Below, piece by piece: positions 26,801 through 34,496 of a stretch of 64,000 nt of DNA (its first letter is position 1; every line of letters starts with the position of its first letter). The position numbers and the translations under genes are program-made. The notes under the pieces are model-generated. The model had not been told where the DNA came from. It was given only the letters and a program-made list of their open reading frames with translations, and ran no database searches. Origin of the DNA: Burkholderiales bacterium (GTDB taxonomy: Bacteria > Pseudomonadota > Gammaproteobacteria > Burkholderiales > SG8-39); the NCBI GenBank assembly GCA_035689325.1, contig DASSLQ010000194.1:499-64498 (forward strand). Direction: 5' to 3'.

Positions 26801-28469
26801 CGAGAGCATCGCGCGGCTGCGCACGCAGCTGCGTGAAGTGGAGATCCAGGCCGACAGCCAGCTGCAATCGCGCCGCTCCGAGCTCGCCGAGCACGTGCAG
26901 GATTTCGATCCGCTCGAGTTCGATCGTTACACGCGCCTGCAGGAGCTCACGCGCATGATGGCCGAGGGCCTGAACGACGTCGCGACCCTGCAGCAGGCGC
27001 TGATGAAGAACGTCGGCGAAACCGACGCCGCGCTCTTGCAGCAGGCGCGCATCGGCCGCGAGCTCCAGCAGGACCTGATGCGCATGCGCGCCGTGCCGTT
27101 CTCCAACCTCACGGAACGGCTGCAGCGCATCGTGCGCCAGAGCGCCGCCGAGCTCGCCCGCAAGGCCGAGCTCACCATCGAGGGCGGCCAGGTCGAGCTC
27201 GATCGCGGCGTACTCGAGCGCATCGGCGCCCCGATCGAGCACATGCTGCGCAACGCGCTCGTGCACGGCATCGAGGCTCCGGCGACGCGCGCCGCGGCCG
27301 GCAAGCCCGAGGCGGGCCAGATCGCCATCAGCTTGCGGCAGGAGGCGAACGAAGTCGTCGTCATGGTGACGGACGACGGCGCCGGGATCGACCTCGAGCG
27401 GCTGCAGGCCAAGGCGGTGGAGAAAGGCCTCCTTGCCGCGGACCAGCTGCTGAGCGAGGCCGAGCAGGTCCAGCTCGTGTTCATGTCCGGCATCTCGACC
27501 GCGGAGTCGGTGACCGAGCTCGCCGGCCGCGGCGTCGGCATGGATGTCGTGCGCACCGAGATCCACGCCCTCGGTGGCCGAGTCGAAGTGACGAGCGCCC
27601 GCGGCCGCGGCACGACGTTCACGATCTACCTGCCGCTCACCCTTGCCGTGACGCAGACCGTGATGGTGCGCGCGGGCGGCATGATGCTCGCCATTTCGTC
27701 GGCCTTGATCGAGCAGGTGCTGCGCGTGAAGGCCGACGCGCTCGTCTCGCACTACGAGACGGGCAGCATCGAATTCCAGGGGCGGCAGTATCCGCTGCAC
27801 TACCTGCGCCAGCTGCTCGGCAGCCGTGCCGCCACCAACATTCAGGACGACAACCTGGTACTCCTCGTGAGGAGCGGCGCGCATCGCCTCGCGGTCCACG
27901 TGGACGATCTCATCGGCCAGCGCGAGATGGTGGTGAAGAACATCGGTCCGCAGCTCTCGCGCATGCCAGGTGCCGCCGGCGCCACGGTGCTGCCCGACGG
28001 CTCGATCGTGCTGATCGTGAACCCGGTGCAGCTCGCGCATCGCGGCACCACGCCGATGCGGACCACCGTGACGCCGGAGTTCTCCGCCAACGCCGCGCGC
28101 GCCGCGCCGCTCGTCATGGTGGTCGACGATTCGCTTACCGTGCGCAAGATCACCGGCCGCTTGCTCGAGCGCGAGGGCTACCGCGTACTCACCGCCAAGG
28201 ACGGGGTTGACGCGCTCGAACAGCTCAAGGGCGAGCTGCCGGCGATCATGCTGGTCGACATCGAGATGCCGCGCATGGACGGCTTCGACCTCGCGCGTAA
28301 CGTGCGTGGCGATCCGCGCACCATGGAGATCCCGATCGTCATCATTTCGTCGCGCACCGCGGCCAAGCACCGCAGCCGCGCCGCCGAGCTCGGCGTCAAT
28401 GCGTTCCTCGGCAAGCCCTACCAGGAGTCGGAGCTACTGCAGCAGATCGCCGCCCTCGCGAAACAATGA
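23820..28469 (+). CDS. chpA: ChpA/PilL-type hybrid CheA kinase (multi-Hpt, dimerisation, HATPase, CheW-like and receiver domains)
   Basis: GAGGAG precedes the ATG and the product is 1549 aa. Hpt motifs are FHTLKGSGRMVGL and LHTLKGGARMAGA, plus three Hpt-like segments. HATPase motifs are HMLRNALVHGIE, VTDDGAGID and GRGVGMDVV. The C-terminal REC has VMVVDDS...LVDIEMPRMDG...GKP. Confidence 0.95.
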   Translation: MPDTTILTWITAEVDQALERVRDQIARSGSSPLDARALGGCPEHLHQVSGALNMVGLAGATRFCEALETTLTGLNGSRGEAAGIIDRAVAELKQFVDAVARGEPNVPLRLYPAYQALAQLQGRAECAEVELFFPDLTPPAPTHPRPKSLGEGELASFLHSQRTRWQRGILAWIKRQPAGLDEMRETLDAIHAVAHQLPERRALWWVAGGLVDALLDASEPQRLAQARALWNKFDIYIRDLAAGQRADNEPLLREVLYAIACSAPLTQRMRDIKRLYGLDALVPSAASDAQTRDRRKLCEGIAAKLQTLAQIWQSYLAGDPNSSAAFRERAAALRGSAVAFGDEPLSKLLGVMTAAAERLPQKPAEGSDFLLLEMSSAFLLAQSLIEHFEEPLADTAEQVDILSQWLAEAAAGNASAKAPEGLRPELTQHVSALQLRARVVGEILTNLHSVEQAFDAYARGHAPKDILAKVAPQLRQIHGALRVLSWEKAAVVIERCEQMIATLTPQGEDLDWIAEGLSSVGLFVRPCAQGREPREETLDLFLKRLEERPAPLPAAAAPAPSAKPLDDDLLQVFLEEAVEVLATIAASVPKCRAEPANVEELATIRRGFHTLKGSGRMVGLADLGEAAWQVERVMNQWLERQQPATDALLELATVAHGCFTDWIERLRNGETPLIDTHPISKLVARLVGDDSSVLRVRDVYLKEAAQHIATLKNECAAWTASEAAEASPEFMRAAHTLASSSSTARVEAIAQVAAGLEQWMPLAERTVEAAERQMIAAAIDKLGEMHSAVSRGESPAPAAETLAELEGLRNRLLVPARPKDKRAVRDDLDGDLLPVFLEEAHELVPQVVGDLRAWRANPQDRTAADAVKRVLHTLKGGARMAGAIRLGELTHLMESRIEYALEAGEVTPELFEELQTQLDRLSADVEKLGAPAAPAATAAAKTAESPRAPAATAVLRVNAERLDGLITDAGEAAIARSRIEAELRQTKQALADLNESIARLRTQLREVEIQADSQLQSRRSELAEHVQDFDPLEFDRYTRLQELTRMMAEGLNDVATLQQALMKNVGETDAALLQQARIGRELQQDLMRMRAVPFSNLTERLQRIVRQSAAELARKAELTIEGGQVELDRGVLERIGAPIEHMLRNALVHGIEAPATRAAAGKPEAGQIAISLRQEANEVVVMVTDDGAGIDLERLQAKAVEKGLLAADQLLSEAEQVQLVFMSGISTAESVTELAGRGVGMDVVRTEIHALGGRVEVTSARGRGTTFTIYLPLTLAVTQTVMVRAGGMMLAISSALIEQVLRVKADALVSHYETGSIEFQGRQYPLHYLRQLLGSRAATNIQDDNLVLLVRSGAHRLAVHVDDLIGQREMVVKNIGPQLSRMPGAAGATVLPDGSIVLIVNPVQLAHRGTTPMRTTVTPEFSANAARAAPLVMVVDDSLTVRKITGRLLEREGYRVLTAKDGVDALEQLKGELPAIMLVDIEMPRMDGFDLARNVRGDPRTMEIPIVIISSRTAAKHRSRAAELGVNAFLGKPYQESELLQQIAALAKQ

Positions 28470-28479
28470 AATTCGGCTC

Positions 28480-29769
28480 ATGAAGTTCGAGCTCCAGGAG
28501 CACATCGGAAAATACCCGCTGCTGCGCGAGATCGGCGCCGGCGCCACCAGCAAGGTCTACCTCGCGCGCGACCCGTTTGCCGAGCGCGATGTCGCCATCA
28601 AGGTGTTCCAGTTCGATAAGGAGGCCGACCGCGAGCAGGAGCGCATGAAGCACAAGTCGTTCATCGCCGAGGCGTCGCTCGCCGGCAAGCTTGCTCACCC
28701 GCACATCGTTGATATCTTCGACGCCGTGGTGGAGCCGGGCCGCAGCTATCTGGTCATGGAATACGTGCCCGGCAGCACGCTCGAGGCGCATGGCGACGTG
28801 TCGCGGCTGCTGCCGGTCAACAAAGTGGTGGAGATCGTCTTCAAGTGCATCCGCGCCCTGGAATACGCGCACCGGCATGGTGTCATCCACCGCGACATCA
28901 AGCCCGGCAACATCCTCCTTTCGGAGACGGGCGAGACGAAAGTGAGCGACTTCGGCGCCTCCTTCCAGCAGAAGCTCCAGGACACGACGCAGATCAGCGG
29001 CGTCGGCTCGCCCGCCTATATGTCGCCCGAGCAGGTGCGCCTCGAGCCGCTCACGCACCAGACCGACATCTATTCCCTGGGCGTGACCATGTACCGGCTG
29101 CTCACCGGACGGCTGCCGTTCACCGCCTCGACGCAGCCCGCGCTCACCTACGCCATCCTCAACACCGCGGCGCAGCGCCCGGCGATGCTGCGGCCTGAGC
29201 TGCCGGGTCTCCTCGACGCCATCGTCATGAAGGCGATGGAAAAGAGTCCCGCCGCGCGCTACCAGTCATGGCTCGATTTCGGCAAGGACTTGAGCCAGGC
29301 CTTTGCCAGCCTGCGCCTTGCCGGCGCCAAAGTGTCGGATTCCGAGAAGTTCACCAAGCTGCGCGACTTCCCGTTCTTCGCCGACTTCAACGATGTGGCG
29401 CTCTGGGAGCTGATCCGCATTGCCACCTGGAAAACCATCCCGCCGCAGACCGTCTTGATCCGGGAAGGCGAGACCGGCGACAACTTCTATTTCCTGGTCG
29501 AAGGCGATGTCGACGTCACGCTCTTCGGCAAGCTCCTCGCCACCGTTAAAGCCGGGCGCTGCTTCGGCGAGCTGCTCTACTTCGCCGAGCGCTCGCAGCG
29601 CCGCACCAGCACTGTCACCGCGCGCACGCCGATCACCGTGATGGAAGTGAAGGCCGACGCAATGCGCGCCGCGACCGACGCCTGCCAGGCCGCCTTCAAC
29701 AAGGCGTGCATGCGCGTGCTGATCGAGCGGCTGGTCGATTCGAACCAGCGCCTGGCGCAAGCCGCGTAA
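28480..29769 (+). CDS. Hanks-type Ser/Thr protein kinase fused to a C-terminal cyclic-nucleotide-binding domain
   Basis: ATG 28480 lies 10 nt after the chpA stop. Kinase motifs are GAGATSKVY, VAIK, HRDIKPGNILL, DFG and SPAYMSPEQ. The cNMP domain has FFADF..., REGETGDNFYFLVEG and FGELLYFAERSQRRTSTVTA. No TM segment is seen. Confidence 0.9.
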   Translation: MKFELQEHIGKYPLLREIGAGATSKVYLARDPFAERDVAIKVFQFDKEADREQERMKHKSFIAEASLAGKLAHPHIVDIFDAVVEPGRSYLVMEYVPGSTLEAHGDVSRLLPVNKVVEIVFKCIRALEYAHRHGVIHRDIKPGNILLSETGETKVSDFGASFQQKLQDTTQISGVGSPAYMSPEQVRLEPLTHQTDIYSLGVTMYRLLTGRLPFTASTQPALTYAILNTAAQRPAMLRPELPGLLDAIVMKAMEKSPAARYQSWLDFGKDLSQAFASLRLAGAKVSDSEKFTKLRDFPFFADFNDVALWELIRIATWKTIPPQTVLIREGETGDNFYFLVEGDVDVTLFGKLLATVKAGRCFGELLYFAERSQRRTSTVTARTPITVMEVKADAMRAATDACQAAFNKACMRVLIERLVDSNQRLAQAA

Positions 29770-29781
29770 ACACGCGGGTCC

Positions 29782-30687
29782 CTAAACCGGATCCCAGCTG
29801 AAGACCTCCTGCGTGCGCTCGAGCGCGTAGAAATGCGCGCGCAGCGCCGGCATCGCATGCTCGGCGATCGCCGCGGCGCTCCAGCCGCCCTCGCGGTGCA
29901 CCGAGCGCAGCGGCCGGTTCTGCGACATCAGAAAAAGCTCGTTCGCGCGTACCGCAAAGATCTGCCCGCTGACATCGCGCGCCTCGTCAGAGGCGAGATA
30001 CACCGCGAGCGGCGCAATCTTCGCGGTTTCCATGCTTTTCAGCTTTTCCACCCGTGCTTGCTGTTCCGGCGTCTCGGTCGGTATCGAGCCGATCATCCGG
30101 CTCCAGGCGAACGGCGCGATGCAGTTCGAGCGTACGTGGTACCTGGCCATGTCGAGCGCGATGGACTTGGAGAGGCCGACGACCCCGAGCTTGGCAGACG
30201 CATAGTTCGCCTGACCGAGATTTCCCACCAGCCCCGACGTCGATGTCATGTGGATATACGAGCCCGACTCCTGTGTCTTGAAGTGCGGCGCCGCGGCGCG
30301 CGCCACGTAGAACGAGCCGTTGAGATGTACGTCGATCACCGCGCGCCATTCCTCGACCGACATATTGAAGAAGAACCGGTCGCGGAGGATGCCGGCGTTG
30401 TTCACCACCGCATCGAGGCGCCCGAAGCCGTCCAGCGCCGCCTGCACGATGCGATTCGCCGAGGCCCAGTCCGCCACGCTGTCAACGTTGGCAACGGCCT
30501 CGCCGCCCGCGGCCCGGATCTCATCCGCCACGCGCTGCGCAGGTGCGCTGCTCGCGCCTTCGCCCTTCACCGACGTGCCGAGATCGTTGACCACGAGCTT
30601 CGCGCCCGCCGCGGCCATCGCCAGCGCAAAGTCGCGGCCAATGCCGCCACCGGCGCCGGTGACGAGCACGACCTTGCCTTTTAGCAT
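29782..30687 (-). CDS. SDR, MFE-2-type (3-hydroxyacyl-CoA dehydrogenase-like)
   Basis: KVVLVTGAGGGIGRDFA, NNAGI and YASAK are all canonical. ATG 30687 (MLKGK...) is preferred. The tracked start at 30714 would overlap the divergent gene. Confidence 0.85.
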   Translation of the reverse strand: MLKGKVVLVTGAGGGIGRDFALAMAAAGAKLVVNDLGTSVKGEGASSAPAQRVADEIRAAGGEAVANVDSVADWASANRIVQAALDGFGRLDAVVNNAGILRDRFFFNMSVEEWRAVIDVHLNGSFYVARAAAPHFKTQESGSYIHMTSTSGLVGNLGQANYASAKLGVVGLSKSIALDMARYHVRSNCIAPFAWSRMIGSIPTETPEQQARVEKLKSMETAKIAPLAVYLASDEARDVSGQIFAVRANELFLMSQNRPLRSVHREGGWSAAAIAEHAMPALRAHFYALERTQEVFSWDPV

Positions 30688-30692
30688 CGCCG

Positions 30693-30699
30693 TATTATG
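30693..30699. promoter_or_regulatory. Shared AT-rich core giving TATTAT (+) and CATAAT (-) -10-like hexamers for a divergent pair
   Basis: On the + strand, TATTAT 30693-30698 is followed by 9 nt and ATG 30708. On the - strand, CATAAT 30699-30694 is followed by 6 nt and ATG 30687. Neither start has a Shine-Dalgarno sequence. Confidence 0.35.
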
Positions 30700-30707
30700 C
30701 GCGCGCG

Positions 30708-32774
30708 ATGCCATCGAGCCTCGACGCCGCCCTCAATCCCGCGTCCGTAGCGATCATCGGCGCTTCCGACAACCCGCACAAGGTCGGCGGCCGCCCGCTG
30801 CTCTATCTGCAGCGCTACGGCTATGGCGGCGCGATCTATCCGATCAATCCGGGCCGCGCCAGGGTCCAGGGTGTGCGCGCGCTTGCGCGCATCGAAGATG
30901 CGCCGCAGCCGCCGGATCTCGCGATCATCGCGATCGCCGGCAATGAAGCGGTCGCTGCCGTCGAATCCTGCGCCGCGCGCGGCGTGAAAGTGGCGGTGGT
31001 GATGACCTCGGGCTTCGCCGAGACGGGTGAGGAGGGCGCGCGGGCGCAGGCGCGCATGGCGGCGGCAGCGCGAGCCGCCGGCATGCGCCTCATCGGCCCG
31101 AATTGCCAGGGACTCGCCAACTTCGCGACCGGCATGGTGGCCAACTTCTCCACCATCTTCCATGAGCTCGAAGGACGCGACGGGCCGGTGGCGATCGTCA
31201 GCCAGAGCGGCGCGAACTCGCAGGCGATCTACGCGCTGCTGCGCGAGCAGGGCCTGAGCGCGCGCCATGTGCACACCACCGGCAACGAGGCGGACGTCAC
31301 GGTCGCAGATCTCGCCGCCGCGGTCGTGCGTGACCCGGGCGTGCGGCTCGTCCTGCTCTATATGGAAGCGATCAAGGATCCAATGCTGCTCGCGCACGCC
31401 GCTGCCGGCGCCCGGGTGCGCGATGTTCCGATCGTCGCGCTGAAGGCCGGCCGCACGGCGAGCGGCCAGCGCGCCGCCCGCTCGCACACCGGCGCGCTCG
31501 CCATCGAGGATCGCGTAGTCGACGCCTTTTTCGAGCGCTGCGGCATCTGGCGCGCTCGCGATCCGCAGGAGCTGGTGCGCGCGGCCGAACTCTACCTTGG
31601 CGGACACCGCCCGCGCGGCAAGCGCCTCGCGTTCGTCAGCCACTCCGGCGCGAGTTGCGTGATGGCCGCCGATCACGCCGAGCGCCGCGGCATCGCACTC
31701 GCGCCGATAGCGGCGCCCGCGAAGGCCAGGCTGCGCAGCGCGTTGCCCGGCTTTGCGTCGCTCGAGAACCCGATCGACGTGACCGGTGCGCTGCTGAGCG
31801 ACTCTGGCCTGCTCGGCGCGGTGCTGCCGATCGTCGGCGACGATGCGCAAGCCGATCTGCTGCTCGTCGCGCTTCCGATCGCGGGCGCCGGCTATGACGT
31901 GCCGCGCTTCGCGCGTGATGTCGCGCAGTTCCAGCAGACCTATTGCATCGCAACCGCAGTAGCGGCGCCGCAGGCTGCCGTGCGCCAGGCGTTCGCCGAC
32001 GCGGGCGTCGCGACCTTTGCGCGCGAAGGCGAAGCGATGGACGCGCTTGCGCAGCTTGCTGATCACGCTGCGCTCTTGCGCCGCCCGGCACCGGCACCGC
32101 TACGGTGCATGGCGCTGCCCGACAGGACGCGCTTCCTCAGCGAGGCCGAGAGCCTCGCGCTGCTCGCGCAGGCCGGGCTACCGGTGATTGAGCACCGCCT
32201 GTGCCGCGACGAGCGCGAGCTCGAGCGCGCGCTCGCCGCGCTCGGCGCCGACGTCGTGCTGAAGGCCTGCTCGCCCGACCTGCCGCACAAGAGCGACCAT
32301 GGCCTCGTCGCCATCGGGCCTGCCGAACCGCGCGCCGAGTACCGGCGCCAGCGCGAGCGCTGCCTCGCGCTCGGCGCACGTTTCGACGGCGTGATCGTGG
32401 CGCGCCGCGCGCGCGGCGGCCGGGAGCTCGCGCTCGGCGCCCGGCTCGACGCGCAATTCGGGCCGGTCGTGCTGGTAGGCGATGGCGGCATATACCTGGA
32501 GGCGCTGAAGGACTACCGCCTGCTCCTTGCGCCCTGCACCGAAGAGGAGGTGCTGGCCAAGCTCGCCGAGCTGCGCATCGCGCCGCTGCTTGGCGCGCTG
32601 CGCGGGCAGCAGCCGCGCGACGTGCGCGCGCTGGCCCGCATGGCAGTCAAGCTTGGCGAGGCGCTCATCGCGTGGGACGGCGCGGTCGCGTCCGTGGACA
32701 TCAATCCGGTGATGGTGTTTGAAACCGGCGCGCTCGCTCTCGACGCGCTGGTCGAGAGTCGCCCGGGCGACTGA
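30708..32774 (+). CDS. ADP-forming acyl-CoA synthetase (CoA-binding, succinyl-CoA-synthetase-like and ATP-grasp domains)
   Basis: The 688-aa product has LNPASVAIIGASDNPHKVGG, GPNCQG, SQSGA and a C-terminal ATP-grasp-like region. Confidence 0.85.
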   Translation: MPSSLDAALNPASVAIIGASDNPHKVGGRPLLYLQRYGYGGAIYPINPGRARVQGVRALARIEDAPQPPDLAIIAIAGNEAVAAVESCAARGVKVAVVMTSGFAETGEEGARAQARMAAAARAAGMRLIGPNCQGLANFATGMVANFSTIFHELEGRDGPVAIVSQSGANSQAIYALLREQGLSARHVHTTGNEADVTVADLAAAVVRDPGVRLVLLYMEAIKDPMLLAHAAAGARVRDVPIVALKAGRTASGQRAARSHTGALAIEDRVVDAFFERCGIWRARDPQELVRAAELYLGGHRPRGKRLAFVSHSGASCVMAADHAERRGIALAPIAAPAKARLRSALPGFASLENPIDVTGALLSDSGLLGAVLPIVGDDAQADLLLVALPIAGAGYDVPRFARDVAQFQQTYCIATAVAAPQAAVRQAFADAGVATFAREGEAMDALAQLADHAALLRRPAPAPLRCMALPDRTRFLSEAESLALLAQAGLPVIEHRLCRDERELERALAALGADVVLKACSPDLPHKSDHGLVAIGPAEPRAEYRRQRERCLALGARFDGVIVARRARGGRELALGARLDAQFGPVVLVGDGGIYLEALKDYRLLLAPCTEEEVLAKLAELRIAPLLGALRGQQPRDVRALARMAVKLGEALIAWDGAVASVDINPVMVFETGALALDALVESRPGD

Positions 32775-32798
32775 CGGGCGAAAGCCGAGGGCTATAAT
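32771..32798 (+). promoter_or_regulatory. Sigma70-like promoter for etfB: CTGACG-N16-TATAAT
   Basis: The -35-like hexamer at 32771-32776 overlaps the upstream stop. TATAAT at 32793-32798 lies 9 nt from ATG 32808. No Shine-Dalgarno sequence is present. Confidence 0.4.
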
Positions 32799-32807
32799 TT
32801 TCTCGCC

Positions 32808-33557
32808 ATGAAGGTCCTCGTCGCCGTAAAGCGTGTCGTCGATTTCAACGTCAAGGTCCGCGTCAAGGCCGACAATACCGGCGTCGAGACCGCGAACGTC
32901 AAGATGTCCATGAATCCCTTCGACGAGATCGCCGTCGAAGCGGCGGTGCGGCTGAAGGAAGCGGGCGGCGCGACAGAGATCGTCGCCGTGTCCTGCGGCG
33001 TCGCCCAATGCCAGGAGACACTGCGTACCGCGCTTGCCATCGGCGCCGACCGCGCCATCCTGGTCGAGACCAGCGCCGAGCTGCAGCCGCTCGCGGTGGC
33101 GAAGCTGCTGAAGGCCGTCTGCCAGAAGGAGTCGCCGCAGCTCGTGATCATGGGCAAGCAGGCGATCGACGACGACGCGAACCAGACCGGCCAGATGCTC
33201 GCGGCGCTCCTTGGCTGGCCGCAGGCCACGTTTGCCTCCAAGATCGAGCTCGCCGCGGGCAAGGCAAGCGTGACGCGCGAAGTGGACGGTGGCCTGGAAA
33301 CGCTGTCGATCAAGCTGCCGGCCGTGATCACCACCGACCTGCGCCTGAACGAGCCGCGCTACGTCACGCTGCCGAACATCATGAAGGCGAAGAAGAAGGC
33401 GCTGGAAACGTTGAAGCCGGAAGCGCTCGGCGTCGATGTGTCGCCGCGCCTCGCGACACTCAAGGTGCTCGAGCCGCCCAAGCGCAAGGCGGGCGTCAAG
33501 GTGGCCGACGCCAAGGCCCTCGTCGACAAGCTGCGCAACGAAGCGAAGGTGCTCTAG
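32808..33557 (+). CDS. etfB: Electron transfer flavoprotein beta subunit
   Basis: [51 protein letters not shown]... Confidence 0.95.
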   Translation: MKVLVAVKRVVDFNVKVRVKADNTGVETANVKMSMNPFDEIAVEAAVRLKEAGGATEIVAVSCGVAQCQETLRTALAIGADRAILVETSAELQPLAVAKLLKAVCQKESPQLVIMGKQAIDDDANQTGQMLAALLGWPQATFASKIELAAGKASVTREVDGGLETLSIKLPAVITTDLRLNEPRYVTLPNIMKAKKKALETLKPEALGVDVSPRLATLKVLEPPKRKAGVKVADAKALVDKLRNEAKVL

Positions 33558-34496
33558 ATGGCCGTTCTCGTTCTGGTTGAGCACGACAACAAGTCGCTGC
33601 GCAAGAGCACGCTCAACACCGTTGCGGCCGCGCAGAAGGTCGGCGGCGATTTGCATGTGCTCGTGGCGGGCCACCAAGCCGCGGCGGTCGCCAAGGCGGC
33701 GGCGCAAATTCCGGGCGTAAAGAAGGTGCTGCATGCCGATGCGCCGCATCTCGGCGAGGAGCTTGCCGAGAACGTCGCCGCGCTCATCGTCTCGGTGGCG
33801 AAGAACTACTCGCACCTCCTGGCGCCCGCGACCTCGACCGGCAAGAACATCATGCCGCGCGCGGCCGCGCTGCTCGATGTGCAGCAGGTCTCTGACATCT
33901 GCGCCGTCGAGTCGCCCGATACGTTCGTGCGGCCGATCTACGCCGGTAATGCGCTTGCGACCGTGAAATCGAAGGATCCGATCAAAGTGCTCACCGTGCG
34001 CACGACTGCGTTCGATGCGCTGCCGGCGACTGGCGGCAACGCGGCGATCGAGAACCTGCAGGCGCCGCCGGACAGCGGGCTCTCGTCCTTCGTGAGCCGC
34101 GAAGTATCGAAGTCCGAGCGTCCCGAGCTCACCGCCGCGAAGATCATCGTCTCGGGTGGCCGCGGCCTCGGCTCGGGCGAGAACTTCACCAGGGTGCTCG
34201 AGCCGCTCGCCGACAAGCTCGGCGCCGCCATGGGCGCCTCGCGCGCGGCGGTGGACGCGGGCTTCGTGCCGAACGACTGGCAGGTCGGGCAGACCGGCAA
34301 GATCGTGGCGCCGGATCTCTACATCGCCGTCGGCATTTCGGGCGCGATCCAGCACCTCGCCGGCATGAAGGACAGCCGCGTGATCGTCGCCATCAACAAG
34401 GACGAGGAAGCGCCGATCTTCCAAGTGGCCGACTACGGGCTGGTCGGCGATCTCTTTCAGCTTGTGCCGAACGTGGTGGAGGAGCTTAAGAAATGA
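33558..34496 (+). CDS. etfA: Electron transfer flavoprotein alpha subunit
   Basis: The product begins [25 protein letters not shown] and includes [14 protein letters not shown] and [20 protein letters not shown]. Confidence 0.95.
   Translation: MAVLVLVEHDNKSLRKSTLNTVAAAQKVGGDLHVLVAGHQAAAVAKAAAQIPGVKKVLHADAPHLGEELAENVAALIVSVAKNYSHLLAPATSTGKNIMPRAAALLDVQQVSDICAVESPDTFVRPIYAGNALATVKSKDPIKVLTVRTTAFDALPATGGNAAIENLQAPPDSGLSSFVSREVSKSERPELTAAKIIVSGGRGLGSGENFTRVLEPLADKLGAAMGASRAAVDAGFVPNDWQVGQTGKIVAPDLYIAVGISGAIQHLAGMKDSRVIVAINKDEEAPIFQVADYGLVGDLFQLVPNVVEELKK

Noticed and set aside
25122-28370. A 1082-aa minus-strand ORF antisense to chpA; similar cases are 32178..34424 (748 aa), 55854..58295 (813 aa) and 14976..16598 (540 aa)
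   Set aside because: The reasoning is the same: each is antisense to a confidently identified gene, with compositionally biased translations and no domain signatures.
29770-29781. A terminator hairpin between the convergent Ser/Thr kinase and SDR genes
   Set aside because: Only 12 bp separate the two stops. The nearby GGGTCC...GGATCCC segments do not pair well and no T-run follows.
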